Shown one piece after another: positions 18,350 to 27,353 of a stretch of 34,664 bases of DNA. Every line of letters starts with the position of its first letter. The stretch's first letter is position 1. Source of the DNA: an uncultured bacterium (lineage in GTDB: Bacteria; Cyanobacteriota; Vampirovibrionia; Gastranaerophilales; Gastranaerophilaceae); assembly GCA_947647475.1 (NCBI GenBank), contig CANSKM010000001.1, positions 1 through 34,664 of the forward strand. The letters are read 5' to 3'. The position numbers and the translations under genes were made by a program. The notes below the pieces were generated by a model, which worked only from the letters and a program-made list of their open reading frames with translations, made no database searches and was not told the origin of the DNA.

Positions 18350-18404
18350 CAAAAGGGATATTCGGCATGCAGCTTGAAGGTTTTCTTTGCGTTTTGTAAA
18401 CTTT

Positions 18405-18433
18405 TTGCAATATTTCTTTAAAATCGCTAATAT
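18405..18433 (+). promoter_or_regulatory. Sigma-70-type promoter upstream of the GH13 gene
   Basis: TTGCAA (18405-18410), a 17-nt spacer, then TAATAT (18428-18433). Confidence 0.5.
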
Positions 18434-18491
18434 CATTATATTAGAGAATTTTTTGTGTTGATAATAAATATTTTTAGAGGGAAATTACCGT

Positions 18492-21017
18492 ATGCGAATT
18501 GGTAACATTCAGCGTGCATACTTGGGGCAAGGTTCCGTTCAAAACCGCCCGAAGGCAGCTTCAGCATCTTTAAATGCATCAAACCCGGTTTTAAACTATC
18601 CTCAAATTACAAATTTAAACCTTTTATACGGGAAAAATTTTGCCCCCGTTGCTGCCCGAAATTCTGCCCAAAGCCCTCTTCAAAACATAACTTTCACAAG
18701 AAAACTTGAAGACCATAGAAGCTGGGGCGGGGTGATTGACCCCAAAACCAAAAATGTTTCCTTTAAAATTTTTACATTCCCGGATGCAAAAAGCGTTTCC
18801 GTGAAAATATTTGATTCTAAAGATGCCGCCGCCCAAAATAATAGCGGTTTTGAAAATTTTCAAACTTACCCCTTGAAAAATATGGGAGAAGGAGTTTTTC
18901 AAACGGAAAAAAGCTTAACGCCGGATATGGCAAAAGCGGGGGACAGATATTCTTTTTTAATTGAAAAAGCGGACGGGACAAAGGTTGAAGTGAAGGACCC
19001 TTATGCAATGCGCCAGGGGAACCAAACAAGTGAAGATTTTTTGAATTACTCAATTCTTTACGATCATTCTGGGTATGAGTGGAAAAACAATGCTTCCTGG
19101 GCAAAAAGTACGCAAAGGATTGTAAAAAATCCTGAGGGCGGCCAAAAAGGAATAAAAGAAGCAAGCATTTATGAACTCCATATCGATACTTTAACAAAAG
19201 AGGGGACGTATGATGCTGCAAAGGAAAAGCTTCGTGAGATAAAAGCTGCAGGGTTTAACACAATTGAGATGATGCCGAATGAAAACACGTTTGATTTCAA
19301 TTGGGGATATGACGGTGTGGATAAATTTGCCCCGCCGGAGCACAGAGGCGGACCCGACAAGCTTAAAGAATTAATCGATTATGCCCACGGGCTTGAATTG
19401 AACGTTATTATGGACTATGTCCCAAATCACCTGGGCCCTGATGGTGCGCAGCTTAAAAAAACAGGCCCTTATATAAAAGGCCCGAATGCCTTTGGGGAAG
19501 CTTTTAATTTTGAAGGGGAAAATTCAAAATATGTAAGAGATTATATTGTAAATGCGGGCTTAAACTGGATTGATAATTACAAGGTTGACGGGCTTCGCCT
19601 TGATATGACAAAGTTTATGGAATCAGACTATACAATGAAAAAAATTGCCGCAGAAATTAACTATCATTTTCCTGATGCGGTTTTAATCGCCGAAGATTCC
19701 AGAGAAAGAATAAATGCAAACAAGTATGATTATTGGGTAGATTATAACGAACTTCACGACAAGCGCGTTGTGAGCCCGCTTTTAGACGATGAACACTGCA
19801 GGGGAAAAAGCGAAGATGAACATTCAAATTATGTCGAGACGATAGATTCTGCCGTTCAAAATTCAGCTTCTGCCCCAAGAGGAATGCTCTCAAACCTCGG
19901 GTATGATGCGGAGTGGGATTTTTCATATCATCATAATTTGGATAGAGCAGTATATTCAGGCTCTAATATGGCGGATCTTGTAAATGCGATTTATCATTCC
20001 CAAAGGGCCGTAAAATATACAACAAGCCACGATGAAACGGGAAATATGGACGGAACAAGGCCTGTTGTAAAATATTTGGTGCCAAAATTGAATCTGAATT
20101 CAAACGTTATTTTAAACAAAGATGATATTCAAAGAGCGAAGGATTTTTCAGAACTAAAAGGGGTGCCCTTAAAAGAGGCAAGAAGAATTGTCGCATGCCA
20201 GAAGGCGCAAAGTGTGGCAGAACACTTGTGCATTTTGCTTTCTGAAGGAAAACTTGAAAAATATAAATACCAATCTTATGATAAACTTTATGATGGTGTT
20301 TTAAAGGATTTAGGGGTTAAAAAGGGCGCATATATTACCTATAGAAGAATAATGTCGGCCTTTAAACAGAGTGCGGCGCAGGTTCGAATGACACAAGCCT
20401 TAACTTGTGCAATCCCCGGGCCCAAAATGGTTTTTCAGGGAGATGAATCCCTTGATTTAACGCCATTTAGGTTTTTTAGGCAGTTTGAAAGTGTTCAACA
20501 CGAGCCTTATTTAAAAACAGAAAAAGGGTATGAACCGGGGCGTGCGGCTTTACAGGTTTCAACTCTTGGAAACATTGAATATTCAAATGCTGCAGAAGAT
20601 TTAATGGCAAAACATAAAAACCTCACAGTGGATTTGAACAAATTAAACAGCGAAAACCCCGCGCTTACAAGAGGCTGGCTTGTTTTAAACGAAGACGGGA
20701 CAAGGGATGCAGTCATCCACGACGGGGCAATCGGGCTTCATACTAAAGATGAAGAGACAGGAAATGAATTTTTCATCGTTTCAAATTTTAAAAACGAAAG
20801 CTACCCTGCAGCCTCAAATAACCCTTATAACATACATTTTCCAAAGGGAGAATGGGTTGAAGTTTTAAATACGGACGATGTGAAATATGGCGGAAACGGC
20901 AAATTTTCAAACAAAGGAGAAATCATTGAAGGTTTTGGGCTGAACGGGGCGGAAGATGAAAAAGTGCCGATTAATCTTAAAGAACACTCCACAATTTATT
21001 TTAAAAGAGTGGGGTAG
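18492..21017 (+). CDS. GH13 alpha-glucan-active enzyme with a CBM48-like module (TreZ / debranching / branching-enzyme-like)
   Basis: 841 aa. The CBM48-like segment is VSFKIFTFPDAKSVSVKIF...GDRYSFLIEK...VKDPYA. The GH13 regions are I (DYVPNH), II (GLRLDMTKF), III (LIAEDS) and IV (TSHDE), followed by PKMVFQGDE. The exact specificity cannot be assigned. Confidence 0.8.
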   Translation: MRIGNIQRAYLGQGSVQNRPKAASASLNASNPVLNYPQITNLNLLYGKNFAPVAARNSAQSPLQNITFTRKLEDHRSWGGVIDPKTKNVSFKIFTFPDAKSVSVKIFDSKDAAAQNNSGFENFQTYPLKNMGEGVFQTEKSLTPDMAKAGDRYSFLIEKADGTKVEVKDPYAMRQGNQTSEDFLNYSILYDHSGYEWKNNASWAKSTQRIVKNPEGGQKGIKEASIYELHIDTLTKEGTYDAAKEKLREIKAAGFNTIEMMPNENTFDFNWGYDGVDKFAPPEHRGGPDKLKELIDYAHGLELNVIMDYVPNHLGPDGAQLKKTGPYIKGPNAFGEAFNFEGENSKYVRDYIVNAGLNWIDNYKVDGLRLDMTKFMESDYTMKKIAAEINYHFPDAVLIAEDSRERINANKYDYWVDYNELHDKRVVSPLLDDEHCRGKSEDEHSNYVETIDSAVQNSASAPRGMLSNLGYDAEWDFSYHHNLDRAVYSGSNMADLVNAIYHSQRAVKYTTSHDETGNMDGTRPVVKYLVPKLNLNSNVILNKDDIQRAKDFSELKGVPLKEARRIVACQKAQSVAEHLCILLSEGKLEKYKYQSYDKLYDGVLKDLGVKKGAYITYRRIMSAFKQSAAQVRMTQALTCAIPGPKMVFQGDESLDLTPFRFFRQFESVQHEPYLKTEKGYEPGRAALQVSTLGNIEYSNAAEDLMAKHKNLTVDLNKLNSENPALTRGWLVLNEDGTRDAVIHDGAIGLHTKDEETGNEFFIVSNFKNESYPAASNNPYNIHFPKGEWVEVLNTDDVKYGGNGKFSNKGEIIEGFGLNGAEDEKVPINLKEHSTIYFKRVG

Positions 21018-21049
21018 AGCCCGACTGCGATTTGTGATACTATAGAACA

Positions 21050-21469
21050 ATGGATAACATTAACACCGAATATTTGCAAAAATGTATAGAAACTCTTGAA
21101 AAATCTTACTCGATGATAAAAGCATCAAAAGAGGGTTCAATTGATTATGAAATGTACAGGAATTCTCTTGTTAAAGGGTTTGAAATGACGCTTGAACAGT
21201 GCGGAAAGCTTTTAAAAAAGAGGCTTGAACCTTATTTTTCAAGCAAAAAAGCGGTTGATACACTTTATTTTAAAGATTTATTCAGATATGCCTTTAAACA
21301 TTCTTTAATAAATGAAGATGAAGCGGAAAGGTGGATGAAATATCGGGACAACAGAAACAATACTGCCCACAATTACGGCAGAGCCTTTGCGAAAGAAACC
21401 CTTTCTTTCATTGAAGATTTTATTAAAGATGCGAAAAATTTAAAAGAAGCCATAGAAAAAAATGGATAA
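21050..21469 (+). CDS. hepT: HEPN-fold nucleotidyltransferase substrate-binding protein (HI0074 family, HepT-like toxin)
   Basis: 139 aa. It has an Rx4HxY motif (RNNTAHNY) in a helical protein. It overlaps the next gene by 8 nt. Confidence 0.75.
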   Translation: MDNINTEYLQKCIETLEKSYSMIKASKEGSIDYEMYRNSLVKGFEMTLEQCGKLLKKRLEPYFSSKKAVDTLYFKDLFRYAFKHSLINEDEAERWMKYRDNRNNTAHNYGRAFAKETLSFIEDFIKDAKNLKEAIEKNG

Positions 21470-21770
21470 ACTTTTTATCAAAGAAAAATATTTAAAAAAA
21501 TTAATTTCAATTTTTGAAAATTACTGTCCAAAAGCTGAAATTTGGGCGTATGGAAGCAGGATAGGGCAAAATGTGCATGAAGGAAGCGACCTTGACCTTG
21601 CAGTTAAAACCTTTAATGACAATACAAAAAATATTTCCGAACTGAAAAGAATTTTAGAAGAAAGCGACATTCCCTTTTTAATTGATATTTTTGAATTTGA
21701 TAAATTACCTGAAAGTTTTCAAAAAGAAATTGAAAAAAAATATGTTGTTATTTTCCCTGTGTCGCTTTAA
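21462..21770 (+). CDS. mntA: Minimal nucleotidyltransferase (MNT, MntA-like antitoxin)
   Basis: 102 aa. The motif YGSRIGQNVHEGSDLDLAV fits the GS...DxD polymerase-beta-type NTase signature. Confidence 0.75.
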   Translation: MDKLFIKEKYLKKLISIFENYCPKAEIWAYGSRIGQNVHEGSDLDLAVKTFNDNTKNISELKRILEESDIPFLIDIFEFDKLPESFQKEIEKKYVVIFPVSL

Positions 21771-21866
21771 TTTTCAAAAGACCGAATTTTTCAAACCCTG
21801 TTTAATTTTAAAATTTGATTCAAAACGGTTATGGTGAAAAATTTTTGTTTCATCTAAGATTAGAAT

Positions 21867-23225
21867 ATGTTTCAAAAAGAGCATAACTTAACCGAAGGAA
21901 GCATTTTTAAAAACCTGATACTGTTTGCCCTGCCTTTTGTCTGTGCAAATTTTCTTCAGGCGCTTTACGGCGCGTGCGATTTAATAATTGTCGGGCATTT
22001 TACGGGCGAAAGTGCTTCAATTTCTTCTGTTGCAATTGGCGCACAGATTATGTTTATGGTTATGTCTTTTATAATCGGCCTTACAACCGGAACGACCGTT
22101 TTAATCGGCCATTTTTATGGTGCAAACAGGCATGAAGACATTCAAAAAACAGTAGGTACGGTGTTTGTTTTCTTTATGAGCCTTTCTGTTATTGTTTTTC
22201 TTTTAATGTATTTTTTGGCGCCAAATATGGTGGATATTATGAAAACGCCAAAAGAGGCATACCAAGGTGCGCTTGATTACATTGCAATTTGTTCTTTCGG
22301 GGTGATTTTCATCTTTCTATTTAACGCCTTTTCTTCAATTTTAAGAGGGGTTGGAAATTCTTATTCACCGATGATGTTTATTTCCCTTGGGTGTTTTATA
22401 AACATCATTTTAGACCTGTTTTTTATCGGATATCTAAATCTCGGCGTGAAGGGAGCAGCCTTTGCAACAATCATTGCCCAGGGGCTTTCTGCGGTTTCTC
22501 TTTGTCTGTATGTAAGGTTGAACAAGTTTTCTTTTGAATTCAGATTTAGAAAGACAAAATTTTATTTTGATAAAATTAAAGAAATTATAAAGCTTGGGCT
22601 GCCATTGTCTTGTCAGGATGCTATGGTCCAGACTTCTTTTATAATCCTTCTTACCCTTGCAAATTCTATCGGGGTGGATGCTTCAGCAGGCTATGGCACG
22701 GCAAACAGGCTAAACGGCTTTACAATGCTTCCGGCGGTTTCTTTTGCAATGGCGCTCACTCCAATTGTGGCGCAAAATATGGGCGCAAAGAAAAAGCTCC
22801 GTGCAAAATATACGCTTTATACCGCAATTGGCTGCACGTTTGTTTTTGGGCTTATTTGTTTAATTTGGCAGCAGGTAAATCCCGAATCTGCAATAAGAAT
22901 TTTTACATCTGATAAAAACGTTATAGCGCAAGGCGCAAGCTATTTAAAATCTTTCAGTTTTGATTTAATAATTGTTCCTTTTGCGTTTTGCCTTGGCGCC
23001 TTCTTTAACGGATGCGGGCATACGGCTTTTTCTATGATAAACAGCCTTATGGCATCTCTTTTGGTCAGGGTTCCGATGGCTTTTTTAGTTACCGGAATTT
23101 TTGGAAAAACTCTTTTCAATATAGGAATTGCAGCACCTATTGCATCAATCTGTGCAGTTACAGTATCGATTATTTACTTAAAATCCGGCAGGTGGAAAAA
23201 AGCGGCAATTTCGCCTAAAGCCTAA
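21867..23225 (+). CDS. MATE-family efflux transporter
   Basis: 452 aa and polytopic, with about 12 hydrophobic helices. The N-terminal pattern IFKNLILFALPFVCANFLQALYGACDLIIVGHF is typical of this family. Confidence 0.85.
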   Translation: MFQKEHNLTEGSIFKNLILFALPFVCANFLQALYGACDLIIVGHFTGESASISSVAIGAQIMFMVMSFIIGLTTGTTVLIGHFYGANRHEDIQKTVGTVFVFFMSLSVIVFLLMYFLAPNMVDIMKTPKEAYQGALDYIAICSFGVIFIFLFNAFSSILRGVGNSYSPMMFISLGCFINIILDLFFIGYLNLGVKGAAFATIIAQGLSAVSLCLYVRLNKFSFEFRFRKTKFYFDKIKEIIKLGLPLSCQDAMVQTSFIILLTLANSIGVDASAGYGTANRLNGFTMLPAVSFAMALTPIVAQNMGAKKKLRAKYTLYTAIGCTFVFGLICLIWQQVNPESAIRIFTSDKNVIAQGASYLKSFSFDLIIVPFAFCLGAFFNGCGHTAFSMINSLMASLLVRVPMAFLVTGIFGKTLFNIGIAAPIASICAVTVSIIYLKSGRWKKAAISPKA

Positions 23226-23228
23226 AAA

Positions 23229-23561
23229 TCAAGTGTTTTTCCGGTTTTTATATTCTAAAATTTCATTTATTTTTGTCCTGATATCAAGCGCCATCTTTGT
23301 TTGAAGCAACCTTATCTGGTCAAGCGCAAGCTTCATCACGGGTGTTGGGTCGTCCGTGTTTATGTTTGTGCCGTTAAGGGTTACTTTCACAGCCTCAATT
23401 TTAGCTTCAGCGATATCAATAATGTTTAAAACTTCGTTTATCTCGTTATCATTAAATTTTAGCTGGGAAAGCTTTTTTATCATCTGATTTTTAATTTTTT
23501 CCCTGTTTTGTAAAATTTTTTGGGTGTTGTCTTTTTCGTTTGAAAAATCATCAAAATCCAT
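23229..23561 (-). CDS. Hypothetical coiled-coil protein (110 aa), downstream partner of the B12/radical-SAM gene
   Basis: It starts 22 nt after the stop of the upstream gene, with an SD-like AAAAGGAAA. It has no Cys and is helical and charged. Confidence 0.55.
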   Translation of the reverse strand: MDFDDFSNEKDNTQKILQNREKIKNQMIKKLSQLKFNDNEINEVLNIIDIAEAKIEAVKVTLNGTNINTDDPTPVMKLALDQIRLLQTKMALDIRTKINEILEYKNRKNT

Positions 23562-23583
23562 TTTGTTTCCTTTTTATATAATT

Positions 23584-25416
23584 TTATAAATTTTCCGTGT
23601 TGATTTTATACCCCAAAGTCCAGTCTTTACCGTATTTTGCAAGGTATAAAAATAAATATTCGCGATACCTTAAATACATCCAAAGAGGATTCTTATAGGC
23701 TTCAGCACAGGCTTTCGTGCATTCTTTTAAAATCGAATTAAGTTCTTCTTTTTTCATACCAATGCAATCAAAAGTATATGTCGGGGAAAATTCGTCTAAT
23801 GCAGGATATACAGCCGTTATGCCATATTTTTCAGGTTCATCTTTTAATTTTGTGTGCTTACCCATTGTAAAAACGCTTCTGCCGTAAGAGTGGATTACAT
23901 CGTTATTTTCACAGAGCATTTTAATTGTTTTCTTTGCATCTTCAACGGTTTCTGTCGGGAATCCGAAAAAGATGAATGCAAAGTTCCAAAGACCTGCATC
24001 ATTTGAATTTTTAAGGATTTCAAGCCTTGAATTAATGTCTATTCCTTTGTTTATAAGTTCCATAACGCTATCTGAGCCTGATTCTAAGCCCCAAAGTACC
24101 ATTTTAAGCCCTGAATCATACCCTTTTTTCAAGGTTTCAGCCGTAAATGTTTTTTCTAAGCGCGCATCAAAGAAATATCCGACATCAATGTTTTTTTCTT
24201 TAATTTTATCCGAAAGCTCTGCTAAATATGCAGGGCTAACAGATTCATCGATGAATTCAAAATATTTTATTCCGTATTTTTCTTTTAGTTCGATAAATTC
24301 ATCCGTCAATTTTTCAACGTTTTTAACGTTAAAATTTTGCCCGAAATCCTGGTCACAAAAGCTGCATTTTCCCCAGTAGCACCCTCTTGAAGATTGGAAA
24401 GGAAGAATAATTTCGGGTGCAAAATATTTTGTAAAATCATACCCATCCAGTGAAACGATACTCATTTCATCAAGCTTCATCGGCTTTTTGGTCTCATTTA
24501 CAAAAACTTCATCCCCTTTTTTATAAATTAAATTTGAAACTTCTTCAATTTTAATTTCGCCGTTAACATATTTTGCAAGCTCCACAACGGGCCTTTCACC
24601 CTCTTCAACCAAAAGAGAATCGCAAAAAAGGTCGAAAAATTCAGGGTTTTTAACAACGGCATCTTTTACCCTGCCAAAGAAATTTCCGCCAATGTTGATA
24701 TGGCATTCGCCCTTGCTGTATGCGGTTTTTAGCATATTGGCCAAGGTGAGCCCCGGGATAATCTGTCCTGTTGAATTTATTGAAATTCCTATATATTTGG
24801 CATCTTCAGCCAATATTTCATTCAAAATGCTTTTGTAATATTCAGTGAACATATTTGTGTTTTTGTCAAAAACAAAATATTTTAAATGTTCAAAAGTGAG
24901 CTTAAACAGAGGGTTTGAATAGGAATCAAGGTTTATTTTAGAAGGAAAATAAGGCATAGAGGCCATTTCAAGCGCAGAATCAATTATATTGATTGCTTTT
25001 ATAAGAATTTCCGGGGTATAAAAATCTTTGCCCTTTAAAACTTTGACCGCATCTTCCGTTAGATCCGGGATTTTAACCAAAAGCCCCTGTTTTTTTTCGA
25101 CAAACTCTTTAACTTTGCTGTATTTTAAAACTTTATTTTGAACATCCAAAGGATAATCTTCAAAACTTTGCCCTTTTTGCGCCCCTGCCTGAATAAACGG
25201 TGCAATTTCCGCTAATACATTTTTATTATTTTCAACCGCCTTTATAACGGAATTTTTAATAAAATCCGCCTTTAAGATTTTATTGTAAAAATCTATGTTT
25301 AAATCAATTCCTTTGGCATCAAAACCGTGTGCTTTCAATTGTCCTGTTAAAGAAGGCAGGGCAAAATGCGGGCTTATGGGTGTCCATTGGGGAGGGAAAA
25401 GCAGCAAAGTTTTCAT
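23584..25416 (-). CDS. B12-binding-domain radical SAM protein
   Basis: 610 aa. The N-terminal Rossmann-like B12-domain pattern is MKTLLLFPPQWTPISPHFALPSLTGQLKAHGFDAKGIDLN. The radical SAM core is SSRGCYWGKCSFCDQ, and the C-terminal extension is long. Confidence 0.8.
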   Translation of the reverse strand: MKTLLLFPPQWTPISPHFALPSLTGQLKAHGFDAKGIDLNIDFYNKILKADFIKNSVIKAVENNKNVLAEIAPFIQAGAQKGQSFEDYPLDVQNKVLKYSKVKEFVEKKQGLLVKIPDLTEDAVKVLKGKDFYTPEILIKAINIIDSALEMASMPYFPSKINLDSYSNPLFKLTFEHLKYFVFDKNTNMFTEYYKSILNEILAEDAKYIGISINSTGQIIPGLTLANMLKTAYSKGECHINIGGNFFGRVKDAVVKNPEFFDLFCDSLLVEEGERPVVELAKYVNGEIKIEEVSNLIYKKGDEVFVNETKKPMKLDEMSIVSLDGYDFTKYFAPEIILPFQSSRGCYWGKCSFCDQDFGQNFNVKNVEKLTDEFIELKEKYGIKYFEFIDESVSPAYLAELSDKIKEKNIDVGYFFDARLEKTFTAETLKKGYDSGLKMVLWGLESGSDSVMELINKGIDINSRLEILKNSNDAGLWNFAFIFFGFPTETVEDAKKTIKMLCENNDVIHSYGRSVFTMGKHTKLKDEPEKYGITAVYPALDEFSPTYTFDCIGMKKEELNSILKECTKACAEAYKNPLWMYLRYREYLFLYLAKYGKDWTLGYKINTENL

Positions 25417-25505
25417 AAGTCTATAATATGTGATTTTTCAAAGCCTTCAACCACCTAAAAGGTGTATTGTTAAAATTTCTTAACATTTTATAAAAACCAT
25501 GGCAA

Positions 25506-25533
25506 TTATATAAAGAATATATACTTTATATAA
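25506..25533. promoter_or_regulatory. Perfect 10-bp inverted repeat TTATATAAAG-N8-CTTTATATAA
   Basis: The arms are 25506-25515 and 25524-25533. It lies 27 nt upstream of the ATG at 25560, in the divergent region shared with the radical-SAM gene. It is AT-only apart from one G/C per arm, so a chance match is possible. Confidence 0.3.
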
Positions 25534-25559
25534 ATATAAGAAAATATAAAGGGCAAAAA

Positions 25560-26459
25560 ATGGTAAATGCAGTTTCAAATTACAACGAATGGGTAGCGTC
25601 TTTAAATTCAAGAGGCATAAAAACAACATCTCTTGGGAAAGGCGAAGCAAACTTTGCAGACTACACAAACGCCCTTTCAGAATCTTTAAAACAAGAAATT
25701 GTTGCAAGCTTTGATACAGAAGCAGATTACGATTTACAATCAAAACTCGCATCTCTTTTGAACGGCAAAAACCTTATGCAATCAAAAGATGTAGGTAAAA
25801 TTTTACAAGGCACGGGAATTTCATACAGCGTTCAATACGTTAAAACTTCATATATCCCTGATAACAAGGCAGATGGGCACTATGACACAAATGTTACAAA
25901 CGGCTCAATTGCAGTTTATACTTTTAAAGATGCAAACGGCGGTGAGATAAAAATTGCAGATGCAAACGGAAACGGCGCACTTGAATCTGAAGAATTGTTT
26001 ATGAACGAAATTTTATCAGGCGTTGTGTCTGATATTCAAACAGGCGGTTTTTCAGGAGGAAACGCAGGCGCTGCGGCAACGCAGAACAATATGCAAAATC
26101 AAATGGATGCTCTTTTAGCCCAAATGGAAGCTCAAATTGCAGAACAGCAAAAAATGATTGAAGAGCAGATAGCTCAAATTAAAGAAGCAACATTGGCGCA
26201 GCTTGGTTCTTTCGGCACAGCCCAAACCGAAACCGAAGAAGCCGAAGGTTTAGATGCTGAAAATACAAAGGCAGAGCCTTCTAAAAAAGATATTCAAAAA
26301 GAAGCAAAAAAACTTATAGAAAAAGAAAACCCGACACTTTCAGACAGCGAACTTGATAAAATGGCAGAAAAAATTGCAGAGAAAGTGTTATCCACGGGAA
26401 CCACAACGGAAAAAGCCGTAAAAGCTGCCCTTGAAACACTTGAAAAAGAAGCAGCATAG
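25560..26459 (+). CDS. Hypothetical acidic protein with one canonical EF-hand-type Ca-binding loop and a Q/E-rich coiled coil
   Basis: 299 aa. The loop DANGNGALESEE (nt 25959-25994) fits DxNxNGxLxxxE. An SD-like AAAGGG lies upstream. There is no signal peptide. Confidence 0.6.
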   Translation: MVNAVSNYNEWVASLNSRGIKTTSLGKGEANFADYTNALSESLKQEIVASFDTEADYDLQSKLASLLNGKNLMQSKDVGKILQGTGISYSVQYVKTSYIPDNKADGHYDTNVTNGSIAVYTFKDANGGEIKIADANGNGALESEELFMNEILSGVVSDIQTGGFSGGNAGAAATQNNMQNQMDALLAQMEAQIAEQQKMIEEQIAQIKEATLAQLGSFGTAQTETEEAEGLDAENTKAEPSKKDIQKEAKKLIEKENPTLSDSELDKMAEKIAEKVLSTGTTTEKAVKAALETLEKEAA

Positions 26460-26478
26460 AAATAGTTTTAAAAACCAA

Positions 26479-26515
26479 AAACAGAGGCGGGGAGTTAAAA
26501 TCCTTGCCTCTGTTT
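26479..26515. terminator. Bidirectional hairpin between convergent genes
   Basis: The stem is 10 bp, AAACAGAGGC (26479-26488) / GCCTCTGTTT (26506-26515), with a 17-nt loop. It is flanked by A-runs on the plus strand, which are T-runs on the minus strand. Confidence 0.5.
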
Positions 26516-26527
26516 AAAATAGAAATT

Positions 26528-26836
26528 TTACAACATAACACAATCATTCAGGTAATTTATCACCTGCATTTTTTCTTCGTATAAATATCTGACAAAGTTT
26601 AAAAATTCAGGCGCCCTGCAGGATAATGTCACCGTAATTTCAAAACCTTCGGAACAAAAAGGCTCATAATCATATACAACATAGTTATTATATTTGCTTC
26701 TCCATTCCTTTTTTTCCACTTTGCAATGGTATTCGTTTGCTAAACACTCTAGCCAGGGGATAGTTTCTTTATTTACATTGTGAAACTCCAACAGCGCATA
26801 GTTCTCATTTTCTTGAAATCTTTTCTCTATTAGCAT
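26528..26836 (-). CDS. Hypothetical protein (102 aa)
   Basis: An SD, AAGGGAG, lies 8 nt upstream of the ATG. It has five Cys and is rich in aromatic residues. I recognise no motif. Confidence 0.5.
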   Translation of the reverse strand: MLIEKRFQENENYALLEFHNVNKETIPWLECLANEYHCKVEKKEWRSKYNNYVVYDYEPFCSEGFEITVTLSCRAPEFLNFVRYLYEEKMQVINYLNDCVML

Positions 26837-26955
26837 AAAGACACTCCCTTAAAAATGTTTGTCTTAATAAAAGTTTAAAAACTTATGAGACATAAAGAAA
26901 TATCTGAAAGGGTAATTTGTCTTGCTATACTTAAAGACTATTTAATTTCAAAAAA

Positions 26956-27339
26956 TCAGCCGTTTGTTTTAAACAAATTCAGGAACTTTTTTATAAAGCT
27001 AAAAGGAATAAGTTTTTTAATGTTTCTAAAGCTTAGGTTTTTCCCGCGTTTAAAATCCATTGAACGGACAAGAAGAACAAAATTTATAATATCCAAAATT
27101 AAAAGCGCAACGTCTTTTATCTTTTTTAAATTCAATTTTTTTACGGCAGAAAAGTTTTCGTTAAAATTTTTCAACTTTAACTTTACATCTTTCAATGTTT
27201 GAAGTGTGCTGTTTGCTTCAATGTTTATGGCTTCAAGGCAGCTTCTCACCTTGTTTTCAAGGTAAATTAGCCCAAAAACAATTAAGCTTGTAATTATAAG
27301 CTCGAATATAATTATTAAAATGTAGCCAAATTCTATCAT
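26956..27339 (-). CDS. Hypothetical membrane protein (127 aa)
   Basis: It has an N-terminal TM helix (ILIIIFELIITSLIVFGLIYL), then a coiled coil and a second hydrophobic segment. The SD spacing is poor. The antisense ORF 26885..27202 looks spurious. Confidence 0.4.
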   Translation of the reverse strand: MIEFGYILIIIFELIITSLIVFGLIYLENKVRSCLEAINIEANSTLQTLKDVKLKLKNFNENFSAVKKLNLKKIKDVALLILDIINFVLLVRSMDFKRGKNLSFRNIKKLIPFSFIKKFLNLFKTNG

Positions 27340-27353
27340 CCTTTGTATTATAA

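Noticed and set aside
18684-18704. Shared short motif hydrophobic-x-F-(G/K/T)-(R/G/K) in the GH13 extension (NITFTRK), the 288-aa protein (NVSFGRA), the 54-aa protein (RLNFKGQ) and PilMN (MFNFAG), considered as a sorting signal.
   Set aside because: It has only 2-3 fixed residues in an N/F/K-rich proteome, and its position varies from residue 3 to residue 70. I cannot distinguish it from chance without a proteome-wide test. It is mentioned only as a side note.
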